DNA of 32,000 nucleotides from Candidatus Pacearchaeota archaeon (GTDB lineage Archaea; Nanobdellota; Nanobdellia; Pacearchaeales; GW2011-AR1). The stretch covers positions 5,642-37,641 of the forward strand of contig JAGVWP010000041.1 of assembly GCA_018304985.1 (NCBI GenBank), in the 5' to 3' direction. Position 1 is the first letter of the stretch. Every line of letters begins with the position of its first letter. This document shows, in pieces, positions 8,999 through 18,036 of this stretch. The translations under genes and the position numbers were made by a program. The notes below the pieces were generated by a model. That model had not been told where the DNA came from. It searched no databases and worked only from the letters and a program-made list of their open reading frames with translations.

Positions 8999-11900
8999 AT
9001 GGGCAGAGGATTAAAACTTAAGTTAAACTTTGATGATCATGTTGTTATTCAGAAATATCTTTCAGAAAATTCTTTAGTTGAATCAAACCTTACATCTTTT
9101 AATAATTTTGTGGAAAGAAGAATGCAGGAAATTGTTGATGAAATATCAGAGAACATTGAGCAAGACGAGGTTGAAATAAAACTTGGGAAGATTAATATTC
9201 AGAAGCCGAATGTTGTCGAGTCTGACGGATCAACAACTTCGATAACTCCTGCTGAAGCAAGAATAAGAAACTTGACTTACTCTGCGCCTTTATTTTTGGA
9301 AATTTCTATAAAACAGGATGGGCAGGTCGAAAATCAGGAAGTTGAAATAGGAAGAATACCAATAATGGTAAAAAGCAAACCGTGCAACCTTCTAGGCATG
9401 TCTAAGGAAGAGCTTGAAAGCAATTACATGGATCCGGAAGATCCTGGCGGTTATTTTATTGTCAATGGAAATGAAAGAATTATGATAATGACTGAAGACT
9501 TAGCTGCAAATCAGCCATTTATTGAAAATATCAAAGGCAAGCTAACTCTAAGATTATTTTCATCAAGAGGAGCTTACAGAATACCAATAACCATCACTGA
9601 ATCAAATGAAGGAATAATTGAAGTTTCTTTTTCAAGATTCAAGAACATTCCTGCAATTGTTTTAATGAAAGCATTAGGAATGCTTAAAGAATCAGATATT
9701 GCAAAAAATATTGACAAAGAAACTGACAGTGTTATTGTAAACCTTTATGAATATGCAAAAGTGTCATCAAGCGAAGAAGCAATGATGATGATTGCTGAGA
9801 AAACAAGTGTTCAGGGAACAAAAAAAGAGATCCTTGACAGAATAAAACAAAGGCTAGATTCATATTTATTGCCTCATATAGGATTAAAAAAAGAAAAAAG
9901 AGTCGACAAGGCAATTACGCTATGCAAATTAATAAAGCAATTTTTAATATTTAAGGAAAATCCAAATCTTAAAGTTGACAAGGACCATTATGCAAATAAA
10001 AGAGTAAGATTGTCAGGAGACTTGCTTGCTGATTTATTCAGAGTAAATTTAAATATTCTTGTAAGAGATATAAAATACTCTCTTCAAAAAACATTAAAAA
10101 GAAAAAAATTCTATAGCATCAAGACAATCGCAAAATCCACTTTATTCTCTCACAGGATAAAATCAGCAATTGCAACAGGAAGCTGGATTGGAGAGAAAAA
10201 AGGAATAACCCAGAATATGGACAAGACTAATCATCTTTCTATTATTTCTCAATTGCAAAAAGTATCAAGCACTTTGCCAGGAGAACAGACAAATTTCATG
10301 GCAAGAACACTACATCCGACACATTTTGGAAGGTTCTGCCCTGTTGAAACCCCTGAAGGAACAGAAATTGGATTGAGAAAAAACTTATCAATTATGGCAA
10401 GAATTTCCTCCCGTTTAGTTATGGATGAAGAAAATATTGTTAAAGAGCTTGAAAAATCAGGATTAAACAAGGAAAACGGAGGACTTGATGTATTCTTTAA
10501 CGGAATGTTTATTGGCGGAGTTAGTAATTATAAAAAATTTATTTCAGAAATAAGGGAAAAAAGAAGGCAACAGAGACTTCCTGAAGAATTGAGCATAAGA
10601 CATAATAAAGAATTAGATATTATTGTTATCTACGGAGATACTGGAAGAGTGTTGAGGCCCCTGATAGTTGTTGATAATGGAATAGCAAGATTAACAGATG
10701 AACATATAGAAAAAATTAAAAAAGACGAGATGAAATGGGGGGATTTAATAAAACAAGGAATAGTAGAATATCTTGATGCTTCTGAAGAGGAAAATGCTTT
10801 TATTGCATTGAATAATTCAGAGTTAATAGCTGAACATACCCATATGGAAATTGACCGGGTTGCATTTTTGGGGCCTATAACCAGTTTGGTAAGTTTTGGA
10901 AATCATGACCAATCTTCCAGATTAATAAGAGGAAGCAAGACGCAAAAGCAGGGCCTTGGATTATATTCTGCAAATTATCTTGTAAGAATTGATACAGATG
11001 TAAGCCTTCTGCACTATCCACAACAGCCAATTGTAAGAAGTTTTGTTTACGATGCAATGAATGTTTATCCTTCTGGTCAAAATGTTGTTGTTGCAGTCAT
11101 GACTTATGAAGGATATAATATGGAAGATGCAATTGTTGTCAATAAATCAAGCGTCGACAGAGGATTTGGAAGAAGCACTTTTTTCAGACCTTATACAAGT
11201 GTTGAATTAAATTATGCCGGAGGATTAGCTGATGAAATATTAATTCCAACAAAAGATATTGCAGGATATAGAACAGAGGATTCTTACAGATATCTTGAAG
11301 ATGATGGAATTGTTTATCCTGAAGCAAATCTTAAAGCAGGAGAAGTAGTAATTGGAAAAGTTTCTCCTCCAAAATTCTTGTCTGAAGCAAAAGATATTAA
11401 TATCCGAGCTAAAAAAGAAAGCAGCTCTGTTATAAGGCAGGAAGAGAAAGGAATTATTGACGGAGTTTTCATAACTCTTGATGAAGAGGGAAATAAAATT
11501 GTACAAGTAAGAACAAGAGATCCCAGAATACCAGAACTTGGGGACAAGTTTTCAACAGCTCACGGACAGAAAGGAGTTATTGGAGCTATTGTGCCTGAAG
11601 AAAATATTCCATTTACTTCAAGAGGAATAAGGCCTGATGTTATTTTCAATCCGCATGGCATTCCTGGAAGAATGACTGTAGGATATTTGCTTGAATTAAT
11701 GACTGGCAAGATTGGATGTTTGAAAGGAGAAATAATGAATGGAACTTCTTTTGAGAAAATTGAGGTAAATAAGCTTGAAAACGAATTGAAAGGTTTAGGA
11801 TTCAGGTATGATGGAAAAGAAACAATGTATAATGGCATAACAGGCAGGATGATGGAAGCTAAAATTTACATTGGCGATATGTATTATATGAAACTAAAAT

Positions 11901-12274
11901 ACATGGTAAGCAATAAAATGCATGCTCGCGCATCTGGAAAAGTTGCACTTCTTACAAGACAGCCTATTGAGGGAAGATCAAGAGGAGGAGCATTAAGATT
12001 GGGGGAAATGGAGCAGCAGGCATTGGTTGCTCACGGAGCTTCATTGCTATTAAAGGAAAGATACGATTCTGATAAAGTTGTAATTCATATTTGCTCAAAG
12101 TGCGGAGCTTTGGGAGTTAAGGACACATTAAGGAATAAAACTTACTGTCCTGTGTGCAATTCAACAGAGATTGAAGATGTTGAAGTTTCATATGCATTTA
12201 AATTACTTGCGGAGGAATTACTCGGATTGCATATAGCAACAGGATTTGAGCTGAAAAACAAGTATGAAGAGTAA
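8999..12274 (+). CDS. rpoB: DNA-directed RNA polymerase subunit B (unsplit)
   Basis: 1091 aa with motifs GYFIVNGNERI, ETPEGTEIGLRKNL, HGQKGV, GEMEQQALVAHGAS and a C-terminal Zn ribbon CSKCG...CPVC. Confidence 0.97.
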   Translation: MGRGLKLKLNFDDHVVIQKYLSENSLVESNLTSFNNFVERRMQEIVDEISENIEQDEVEIKLGKINIQKPNVVESDGSTTSITPAEARIRNLTYSAPLFLEISIKQDGQVENQEVEIGRIPIMVKSKPCNLLGMSKEELESNYMDPEDPGGYFIVNGNERIMIMTEDLAANQPFIENIKGKLTLRLFSSRGAYRIPITITESNEGIIEVSFSRFKNIPAIVLMKALGMLKESDIAKNIDKETDSVIVNLYEYAKVSSSEEAMMMIAEKTSVQGTKKEILDRIKQRLDSYLLPHIGLKKEKRVDKAITLCKLIKQFLIFKENPNLKVDKDHYANKRVRLSGDLLADLFRVNLNILVRDIKYSLQKTLKRKKFYSIKTIAKSTLFSHRIKSAIATGSWIGEKKGITQNMDKTNHLSIISQLQKVSSTLPGEQTNFMARTLHPTHFGRFCPVETPEGTEIGLRKNLSIMARISSRLVMDEENIVKELEKSGLNKENGGLDVFFNGMFIGGVSNYKKFISEIREKRRQQRLPEELSIRHNKELDIIVIYGDTGRVLRPLIVVDNGIARLTDEHIEKIKKDEMKWGDLIKQGIVEYLDASEEENAFIALNNSELIAEHTHMEIDRVAFLGPITSLVSFGNHDQSSRLIRGSKTQKQGLGLYSANYLVRIDTDVSLLHYPQQPIVRSFVYDAMNVYPSGQNVVVAVMTYEGYNMEDAIVVNKSSVDRGFGRSTFFRPYTSVELNYAGGLADEILIPTKDIAGYRTEDSYRYLEDDGIVYPEANLKAGEVVIGKVSPPKFLSEAKDINIRAKKESSSVIRQEEKGIIDGVFITLDEEGNKIVQVRTRDPRIPELGDKFSTAHGQKGVIGAIVPEENIPFTSRGIRPDVIFNPHGIPGRMTVGYLLELMTGKIGCLKGEIMNGTSFEKIEVNKLENELKGLGFRYDGKETMYNGITGRMMEAKIYIGDMYYMKLKYMVSNKMHARASGKVALLTRQPIEGRSRGGALRLGEMEQQALVAHGASLLLKERYDSDKVVIHICSKCGALGVKDTLRNKTYCPVCNSTEIEDVEVSYAFKLLAEELLGLHIATGFELKNKYEE

Positions 12275-12310
12275 AAGACACCAATGGTTTCTTTTACGAA
12301 GCTTCCTTTT
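12272..12310 (+). repeat. motif-1 copy C, starting at the rpoB stop codon
   Basis: TAAAAGACACCAATGGTTTCTTTTACGAAGCTTCCTTTT. Confidence 0.6.
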
Positions 12311-12315
12311 GGGGG

Positions 12316-12338
12316 ACGTCTCCTACAGGGAGACATCA
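12316..12338 (+). other. GC-rich hairpin in the rpoB 3' region
   Basis: GACGTCTCC-TACAG-GGAGACATC (9 bp, 1 mismatch). Part of the direct repeat GGAC(G/A)TCTCCTACA(G/A)GGA at 12314-12331 and 12355-12372. Confidence 0.5.
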
Positions 12339-12734
12339 ACCCCTCCTTTTAAGAGGACATCTCCTACAAGGAAAAATAAATAAATAAAAATAAAAAATGA
12401 AACAAAGAAAAACAAGTGAAGAAGATAGATTAAAAGATGCTTTAGATATAGAAATGTTCATAAGAGGAGAAGAAATAGATGGAATTGGAGATATATCAAC
12501 AAGACCTATAATTCCCGTAATTGATTCAGCATACTTAGCAACAAGAGGATGTCAAGCAGAAGTAACTTAGAAGGGAAAATATTTTGGTAAATAATAGGAA
12601 AAAAACAAAATGAAAAAATCTACTAAAGAAAATAAGTTGGAATTAAGTTTAATGGGAATTACTTTTATCTCTGCTTTAATATGTGATGTTAATTTTAATA
12701 TACAATATAAATAAAAAAATAAGAAAAAAATAAA

Positions 12735-15700
12735 ATGATAATAGTAAAAAAACAAATAAAAGCATTGAAATTTAGCCTGCTTAGCCCGGAGAAGATTAAA
12801 AAAATTTCATGCGCCAAGATAATCACTCCAGAACTTTATGATATGGACGGATATCCAGTTGATGGAGGCTTGATGGATTTAAGGCTTGGTGCCATAGATC
12901 CTGGAGTAAAATGCAGAACCTGCGGAGGAAGATTAAAAGAATGTCTAGGACATCCTGGAAGCATTGAATTTGCAAGGCCTGTTGTGCATGTAAAATATGT
13001 CCCGATAGTTTATACATTTTTAAGAAGTTTTTGCAATAACTGCGGAAGAATACTTTTAGATGAGGAAAATATAAAGAAATTAAGCCCTGCGCAAAGAATG
13101 AAAAAATCAAAAGATGCTAAGAAATGCCCTTACTGCCAGACTGTTCAGGAAAAAATCAGAATTGAAAAGCCAACATCATTCATGCTTGGAAAGAAAAGAA
13201 TTTTCCCGCCGGAAATAAGGGCAATTTTAGAAAAAATAACTGATGATGACTGCAGATTAATAGGAGTAAACCCAGAAACATTTAGGCCAGAATGGGGAAT
13301 TTTAACAGTTCTTTTAGTCCCTCCAGTAACTGTAAGACCAAGTATTACTTTAGAATCTGGAGAAAGAAGTGAAGATGACCTAACCCACAAGCTTGGAGAT
13401 ATAATAAGATCAAATCAAAGACTTTGGGAAAATTTGAATGCAGGAGCTCCAGAAGTTATTATTGATGATTTATGGGATTTGCTTCAATATCATGTTACAA
13501 CATTTTTTGACAATACAATTTCAAGAATTCCTCCTGCAAGGCACAGAAGCGGACAGCCATTAAAGACAATTACTGAAAGAATCAAAGGAAAAGAAGGAAG
13601 AATAAGGCATAACCTTGCTGGAAAAAGAGTTAATTTCTCATCAAGAACTGTAATTTCTCCTGATCCGTCTTTGCAAATAAATGAGGTTGGGATTCCTTAT
13701 GAGATTGCAGAAGTTCTTACAGTTAATGAAGAAGTTACTACACTTAATATGGAATATTTAAAAAAATTAATAATGGCAGATCATTATCCTGGAGCAAATT
13801 ATATTATAAGGCCTGATGGAAGAAGAAAGAAAATATCTCCTGAACTTAAAAAAGAAATAATTGAAGAGTTAAAACCAGGCTACTTTGTTGAAAGACATTT
13901 GCAAGACGGAGATATTGTATTATTTAACAGGCATCCGAGCCTTCACAGAGGAAGTTTAATGGCTCATTATGTAAAAGTTCTTCCTTACAGAACATTCAGG
14001 CTTCATCCGGCTGTTGTATTTCCGTATAACGCTGATTTTGACGGAGATGAAATGAATGTCCACGTACCTCAAACTGAAGAAGCAAGGGCAGAAGCAAGAA
14101 TTCTTTTAGATGTAAGCAAAAATTTAATGAGTCCGAAAAATAACACATCCCTAATAGGAACAATTACAGATGCTGTTACAGGAAATTATCTTCTGGGGTT
14201 AGCTGAAGTGACAAAGGCAGAAGCGCAGCAGCTTCTTTTTAATGCAGGAATTATCTTAAAACAGGATAAGAAAACCTTTAATGGTAAGGATGTATTTTTG
14301 GAAATTCTGCCACCAATCAGCAAGTCTCTTGCACAGGAAATTGAGAAAAAAGACCTAACACATGAATATACATTTGGAGTTGAAAATGAAAAAATTACAA
14401 AGCAGGTGGATAAAGAAATTGGAAGAGAAGAGACCATAAATGCGATTAAAAAAGCATTTACTCTTGGAACTAATTATCTTTCAAGAAGAGGATACACTAT
14501 TTCTCTTGAAGATATTAATGTTAATGAGAAAACGAAAAAGATAACACAGGATATTATAAAAGATGGTGAAGATAAAACAAAAGAAGTAATTGATTCTTAT
14601 AATAATGGATCTCTTGAAATTATCCCCGGCAAAACACTTGATGAATCACGGGAAATAAAAATACTTCAGACACTTAATGAAGTAAGAACAAAAATCGGTA
14701 AGGCTGTAAAAACAGAATTCCCTGAAGACAATCCTGTGAACCATATGATTATGTCGGGAGCTGGAGGAAATATCCTGAATATCACACAAATTGCCTGTTC
14801 AGTAGGGCAGAAATCTTTATGGTCTCAAAGAGTTAATTTTGGTTATAGTGAAAGGACATTATCATCATTCAAGCAGCATGATCTCTCTCCTAAAGCACAT
14901 GGATTTGTTTATTCTTCTTATATGAACGGCCTTCAGCCTCAGGAATTTTTCTTTGATGCAATTTCGGGAAGAGATGGATTAATGGATACTGCTTTAAGAA
15001 CTCCTAAATCCGGATATTTATACAGAAGATTGGCTAATGCCCTGCAAGACTTGAGAATTGAATATGATGGAACTGTAAGAGATGCTGTTGGGCAGATAAT
15101 TCAATTTAAATACGGAGATGATGGAATTGATGTTGCAGGAGCTCATTTTAATAAACAGGTTTCTCCTGGAGAGGCAATTGGAATTGTTACTGCGCAAAGT
15201 TTTGGAGAACCATCAACACAAATGGTATTGAATGTATTTCATTTTGCAGGAGTTCAGGAAATGCAGGTTACTTTAGGACTCCCAAGGCTTATAGAAATAT
15301 TTGATGCAAGAAAAATACCAACAACGCCTGCAATGGAAATTCATCTTGACAAGGATTTTAATGATGAGAAAGATGCAAAGGTTCTAGCAGAAAAAATAAA
15401 AGAAGCCAAGCTTAAAGAAATATTGTCTGAAGCAAAAATAAATTTCTCAGACAAAAAAATTGAATTTATTATTGACAATAAAGCGATAAAACACATACAT
15501 ATGTCAATAAACACTGTTGCTGAAAAAATTTCCGGGAAGGGCAAAATAAATGTTAAAAATGATTCTATAATCCTAAGTGTTCCAGATCTTGGATTTAAAG
15601 AAATTTACAAGCTCAAAGAAAAATTAAAGGAGAGCATAATTTCAGGAGTAAAGGGAATAAGGCAGGTTTTAATTGTAAAAAGAGAGAAAGGTTATGTAAT

Positions 15701-16211
15701 ACTTACAGCTGGATCAAATTTAGCAGAAATAATAAAAATCAAGGGAGTTAATCCTGAAAGAACAATTACAAATGATATTTATGAGATGGCAAATGTTTTT
15801 GGAATTGAATCTGCAAGGCAGGTTATTATGAATGAAATAAGGAAAGTTCTTGGATCACAGGGATTGGATATTGATGAAAGGCATTTAAAACTTGTAGCAG
15901 ATGCAATGACAATTGACGGAGAAATCAGAGGCATGACGAGAATGGGAATCATTGCAAGAAAAAGCAGTATTCTAGCCAAAGCAAGTTTTGAAACTCCTAT
16001 AAAACATTTTGTTAATGCTACAATTAAAGGAGGAAAGGACGAATTATTAAGTGTTATTGAAAATATCATTCTTAACCAGCCTGTTCCTGTTGGTACAGGG
16101 CTTCCTGGATTAATGGTTAAAATTACAGGCCCTTTAGTGAGGGAAAAAGGCAGGAAAACTGGGAAAAGGGAAAATAAAAACAATGAATATATAAATATAC
16201 CAAACATTTAA
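12735..16211 (+). CDS. rpoA: DNA-directed RNA polymerase subunit A, with A' and A'' parts fused in one ORF
   Basis: 1158 aa. N-terminal Zn site CRTCGGRLKECLGHPG, catalytic NADFDGDEMN, bridge helix GRDGLMDTALRTPKSGYLYRRL, then in the same frame the A''-type trigger loop AQSFGEPSTQMVLNVFHFAGV and GLPRLIEIFDAR. Confidence 0.95.
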   Translation: MIIVKKQIKALKFSLLSPEKIKKISCAKIITPELYDMDGYPVDGGLMDLRLGAIDPGVKCRTCGGRLKECLGHPGSIEFARPVVHVKYVPIVYTFLRSFCNNCGRILLDEENIKKLSPAQRMKKSKDAKKCPYCQTVQEKIRIEKPTSFMLGKKRIFPPEIRAILEKITDDDCRLIGVNPETFRPEWGILTVLLVPPVTVRPSITLESGERSEDDLTHKLGDIIRSNQRLWENLNAGAPEVIIDDLWDLLQYHVTTFFDNTISRIPPARHRSGQPLKTITERIKGKEGRIRHNLAGKRVNFSSRTVISPDPSLQINEVGIPYEIAEVLTVNEEVTTLNMEYLKKLIMADHYPGANYIIRPDGRRKKISPELKKEIIEELKPGYFVERHLQDGDIVLFNRHPSLHRGSLMAHYVKVLPYRTFRLHPAVVFPYNADFDGDEMNVHVPQTEEARAEARILLDVSKNLMSPKNNTSLIGTITDAVTGNYLLGLAEVTKAEAQQLLFNAGIILKQDKKTFNGKDVFLEILPPISKSLAQEIEKKDLTHEYTFGVENEKITKQVDKEIGREETINAIKKAFTLGTNYLSRRGYTISLEDINVNEKTKKITQDIIKDGEDKTKEVIDSYNNGSLEIIPGKTLDESREIKILQTLNEVRTKIGKAVKTEFPEDNPVNHMIMSGAGGNILNITQIACSVGQKSLWSQRVNFGYSERTLSSFKQHDLSPKAHGFVYSSYMNGLQPQEFFFDAISGRDGLMDTALRTPKSGYLYRRLANALQDLRIEYDGTVRDAVGQIIQFKYGDDGIDVAGAHFNKQVSPGEAIGIVTAQSFGEPSTQMVLNVFHFAGVQEMQVTLGLPRLIEIFDARKIPTTPAMEIHLDKDFNDEKDAKVLAEKIKEAKLKEILSEAKINFSDKKIEFIIDNKAIKHIHMSINTVAEKISGKGKINVKNDSIILSVPDLGFKEIYKLKEKLKESIISGVKGIRQVLIVKREKGYVILTAGSNLAEIIKIKGVNPERTITNDIYEMANVFGIESARQVIMNEIRKVLGSQGLDIDERHLKLVADAMTIDGEIRGMTRMGIIARKSSILAKASFETPIKHFVNATIKGGKDELLSVIENIILNQPVPVGTGLPGLMVKITGPLVREKGRKTGKRENKNNEYINIPNI

Positions 16212-16314
16212 AATAAACTTAACCAACTTTAAAAGTAAATCAATCTTAACTTAATAATGTCAAGTAGGATAAATGTAAAAATTATGGAAAAATATAGTAG
16301 TGATTCAAGAACCA

Positions 16315-16343
16315 TTTTGAAACTACACAACACTAAATTTCTC
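16315..16343 (+). repeat. element-2 copy (divergent)
   Basis: TTTTGAAACTACACAACACTAAATTTCTC. Its 3' part forms the hairpin TAAATTTCTC-TTTTAT-GAGAAATTTA (16334-16359). The reverse complement of 23984-24002 matches 16323-16343 with a 2-nt indel. Confidence 0.45.
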
Positions 16344-16466
16344 TTTTATGAGAAATTTAACTTTATTTATTAGTTAGTTTAGTTAAGTTAAACATATAAT
16401 TGATAAGCAATACTCGATAACACATAAAAATTTAAATTAATAAGATATAATAAGATAGAGTAAAAA

Positions 16467-16883
16467 ATGATTAAGACAATAGATATGAAGGTGATGAGAT
16501 ACATAAACTTATTCTCGAGAATAAGCGGGATAACCCCGAAGCACTGCTTTATTTATAATTCCACTGCCATATTTACCGTGCCTGAAAATAAATTGTCAAT
16601 GGCAATTGGAGATAATGGAAAAAATATAAAGCATATGAGCGAGATTATCCAGAAAAAGGTCAAGGTTGTTCTTATACCTAAAGATGTAAGTGATGCTGAA
16701 AAGTTTATTTCTACAATAATTTATCCCACTCAGATTAAAAGCGTTGAGATTAATGGAAATCAGCTTATTATTAATGCAGGACAGCAGAATAAGGCGATGT
16801 TAATCGGCAGAAACAAGTCGAGGCTTGAAGAGATAAGGAAAATAATCAAGGATTATTTTGGAAAGGAAGTCAAAATTGTTTAA
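16467..16883 (+). CDS. nusA: archaeal NusA-like termination factor (two KH domains)
   Basis: 138 aa. MRYINLFSRISGITPKHCF... and the GxxG-like loops IGDNGKNIKHM and IGRNKSRLEEI fit the archaeal NusA KH-KH pattern. Canonical position after rpoA. Confidence 0.8.
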   Translation: MIKTIDMKVMRYINLFSRISGITPKHCFIYNSTAIFTVPENKLSMAIGDNGKNIKHMSEIIQKKVKVVLIPKDVSDAEKFISTIIYPTQIKSVEINGNQLIINAGQQNKAMLIGRNKSRLEEIRKIIKDYFGKEVKIV

Positions 16884-16925
16884 TAATAAAGACAACCAAG
16901 GTTTTCTTTATGAAACTTTCCTTTT
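16882..16925 (+). repeat. motif-1 copy D; left arm of the inverted pair flanking the Skp-like ORF
   Basis: AATAATAAAGACAACCAAGGTTTTCTTTATGAAACTTTCCTTTT overlaps the nusA stop codon. 41/44 identical to the reverse complement of 17667-17710. Confidence 0.8.
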
Positions 16926-17016
16926 AAATTTTGATTTAATTATAAAGTGGTGGGAAAATTATTTATACTCATTCATATATATTACCTAATTTTTTAAGAT
17001 AAAAAAGAACAAAATA

Positions 17017-17454
17017 ATGAACTCAAAAAAATCGCTGACAAATATTTTAACTGCTAGCGCGGTAGGAATTGGTTCTGTTTTTGGAATTTATCCAAGTGTT
17101 TCTTTTGATGACTACAGGCCAAGAATTGAATTTGACAATATGGGAAAAGCTGAAGCGGTGACTCGTTACGGAGTTGAAAAAAAAGATGCGAAATATGCAA
17201 ACCCCGCATACATAGAATACAGCAAAGCGTTAACTGAGAGTAAGTATTACAAAGAATTGATAAAATTGAAAGAAAATGACACTAGAAGAGATAGAGTTTT
17301 AAGCCAATTGCTAACTAGTGTTAATAAGGCCTTGGCAGAATCTGCCGCAAAAGGCGGATATGACATCGTAGTTGACAAAGGTGATAAGGGATCAGATAAA
17401 TATACAGACATAACTGCAAAAGTCATAAAGAAACTGCAGGAGAACGAGAAATAA
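17017..17454 (+). CDS. Skp/OmpH-like secreted chaperone candidate
   Basis: 145 aa with N-terminal hydrophobic segment ILTASAVGIGSVFGIY. RIEFDNMGKAEAV and the C-terminal VNKALAESAAKGGYDIVVDKGD...YTDITAKVIKKL parallel E. coli Skp (KIAIVNMGSLF... and VKSVANSQDIDLVVDANAV...DITADVLKQV). Motif recall only. Confidence 0.5.
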   Translation: MNSKKSLTNILTASAVGIGSVFGIYPSVSFDDYRPRIEFDNMGKAEAVTRYGVEKKDAKYANPAYIEYSKALTESKYYKELIKLKENDTRRDRVLSQLLTSVNKALAESAAKGGYDIVVDKGDKGSDKYTDITAKVIKKLQENEK

Positions 17455-17666
17455 AAATAGTTTAGATTAAAAAATAAAAATAATAGCTTGTTCTGCCGAT
17501 TTTGTTCTGGAAATCAGGCATACAAGTTACTCTTGTTTGCTTCATCAACTCAGTACTCGTTGATTATGCAGTTATTTAGTAATTTGAAACTAACAAACCT
17601 GATAGTCTATAAATTAAAATCAGCTAAATTAAATAAATGTTAAACCAGGTTAAATTTTTTATTTAA

Positions 17667-17710
17667 GGAAGGAAAGTTTGATAAAGAAAACCTTGGTTGT
17701 CTTTATTATT
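17667..17710 (-). repeat. motif-1 copy E (inverted); right arm of the pair flanking the Skp-like ORF
   Basis: Reverse complement is AATAATAAAGACAACCAAGGTTTTCTTTATCAAACTTTCCTTCC. Confidence 0.8.
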
Positions 17711-17728
17711 GTATACTTTTCAAACTTA

Positions 17729-17765
17729 ATTTTTGATATCATACCATATCCTTGCCTCATTTTAA
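17729..17765 (+). repeat. element-2 copy
   Basis: TTTTTGATATCATACCATATCCTTGCCTCATTTTAAT. Confidence 0.5.
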
Positions 17766-17829
17766 TGTATAAGCCACCGATATTTTGCCAATTAACAACT
17801 CAGATTCTGTAAGGTTAAAAAGTGATGGC

Positions 17830-17943
17830 TTTTTAAGGCTTAATCCACTTAAATATAGTCGTTTTAGAAGCTCAATTTTTATGCTAATAAATTTACTAAA
17901 AAATTAAAATTTCTATTTTTAAGGCTTAATTTACTTAAATTTA
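17830..17943. repeat. two ~27-nt direct repeats TTTTTAAGGCTTAAT(C/T)(C/T)ACTTAAAT, 86 nt apart
   Basis: Copies at 17830-17856 and 17916-17943, in the 3' spacer of the secretin-like gene. Confidence 0.7.
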
Positions 17944-18036
17944 ATACTTTCATCAGTTTCATCATTACAAAATATCACCCGTAGAGTTAACAGAACCACA
18001 ACTCAATACTTTAATATTATATAAATTATATAAGAT

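Noticed and set aside
9732-16207. Numerous 60-142-aa minus-strand ORFs inside rpoB and rpoA (e.g. 11240-11506, 15779-16207)
   Set aside because: Antisense to highly conserved RNAP genes. No start context and no motifs.
16212-16466. Degenerate rpl30e in the rpoA-nusA gap
   Set aside because: The only ORF is a 38-codon ORF (MSSRINVKIMEKYSS...) with no L30e/L7Ae-like motif. The spacer is occupied by an element-2 copy and a hairpin.
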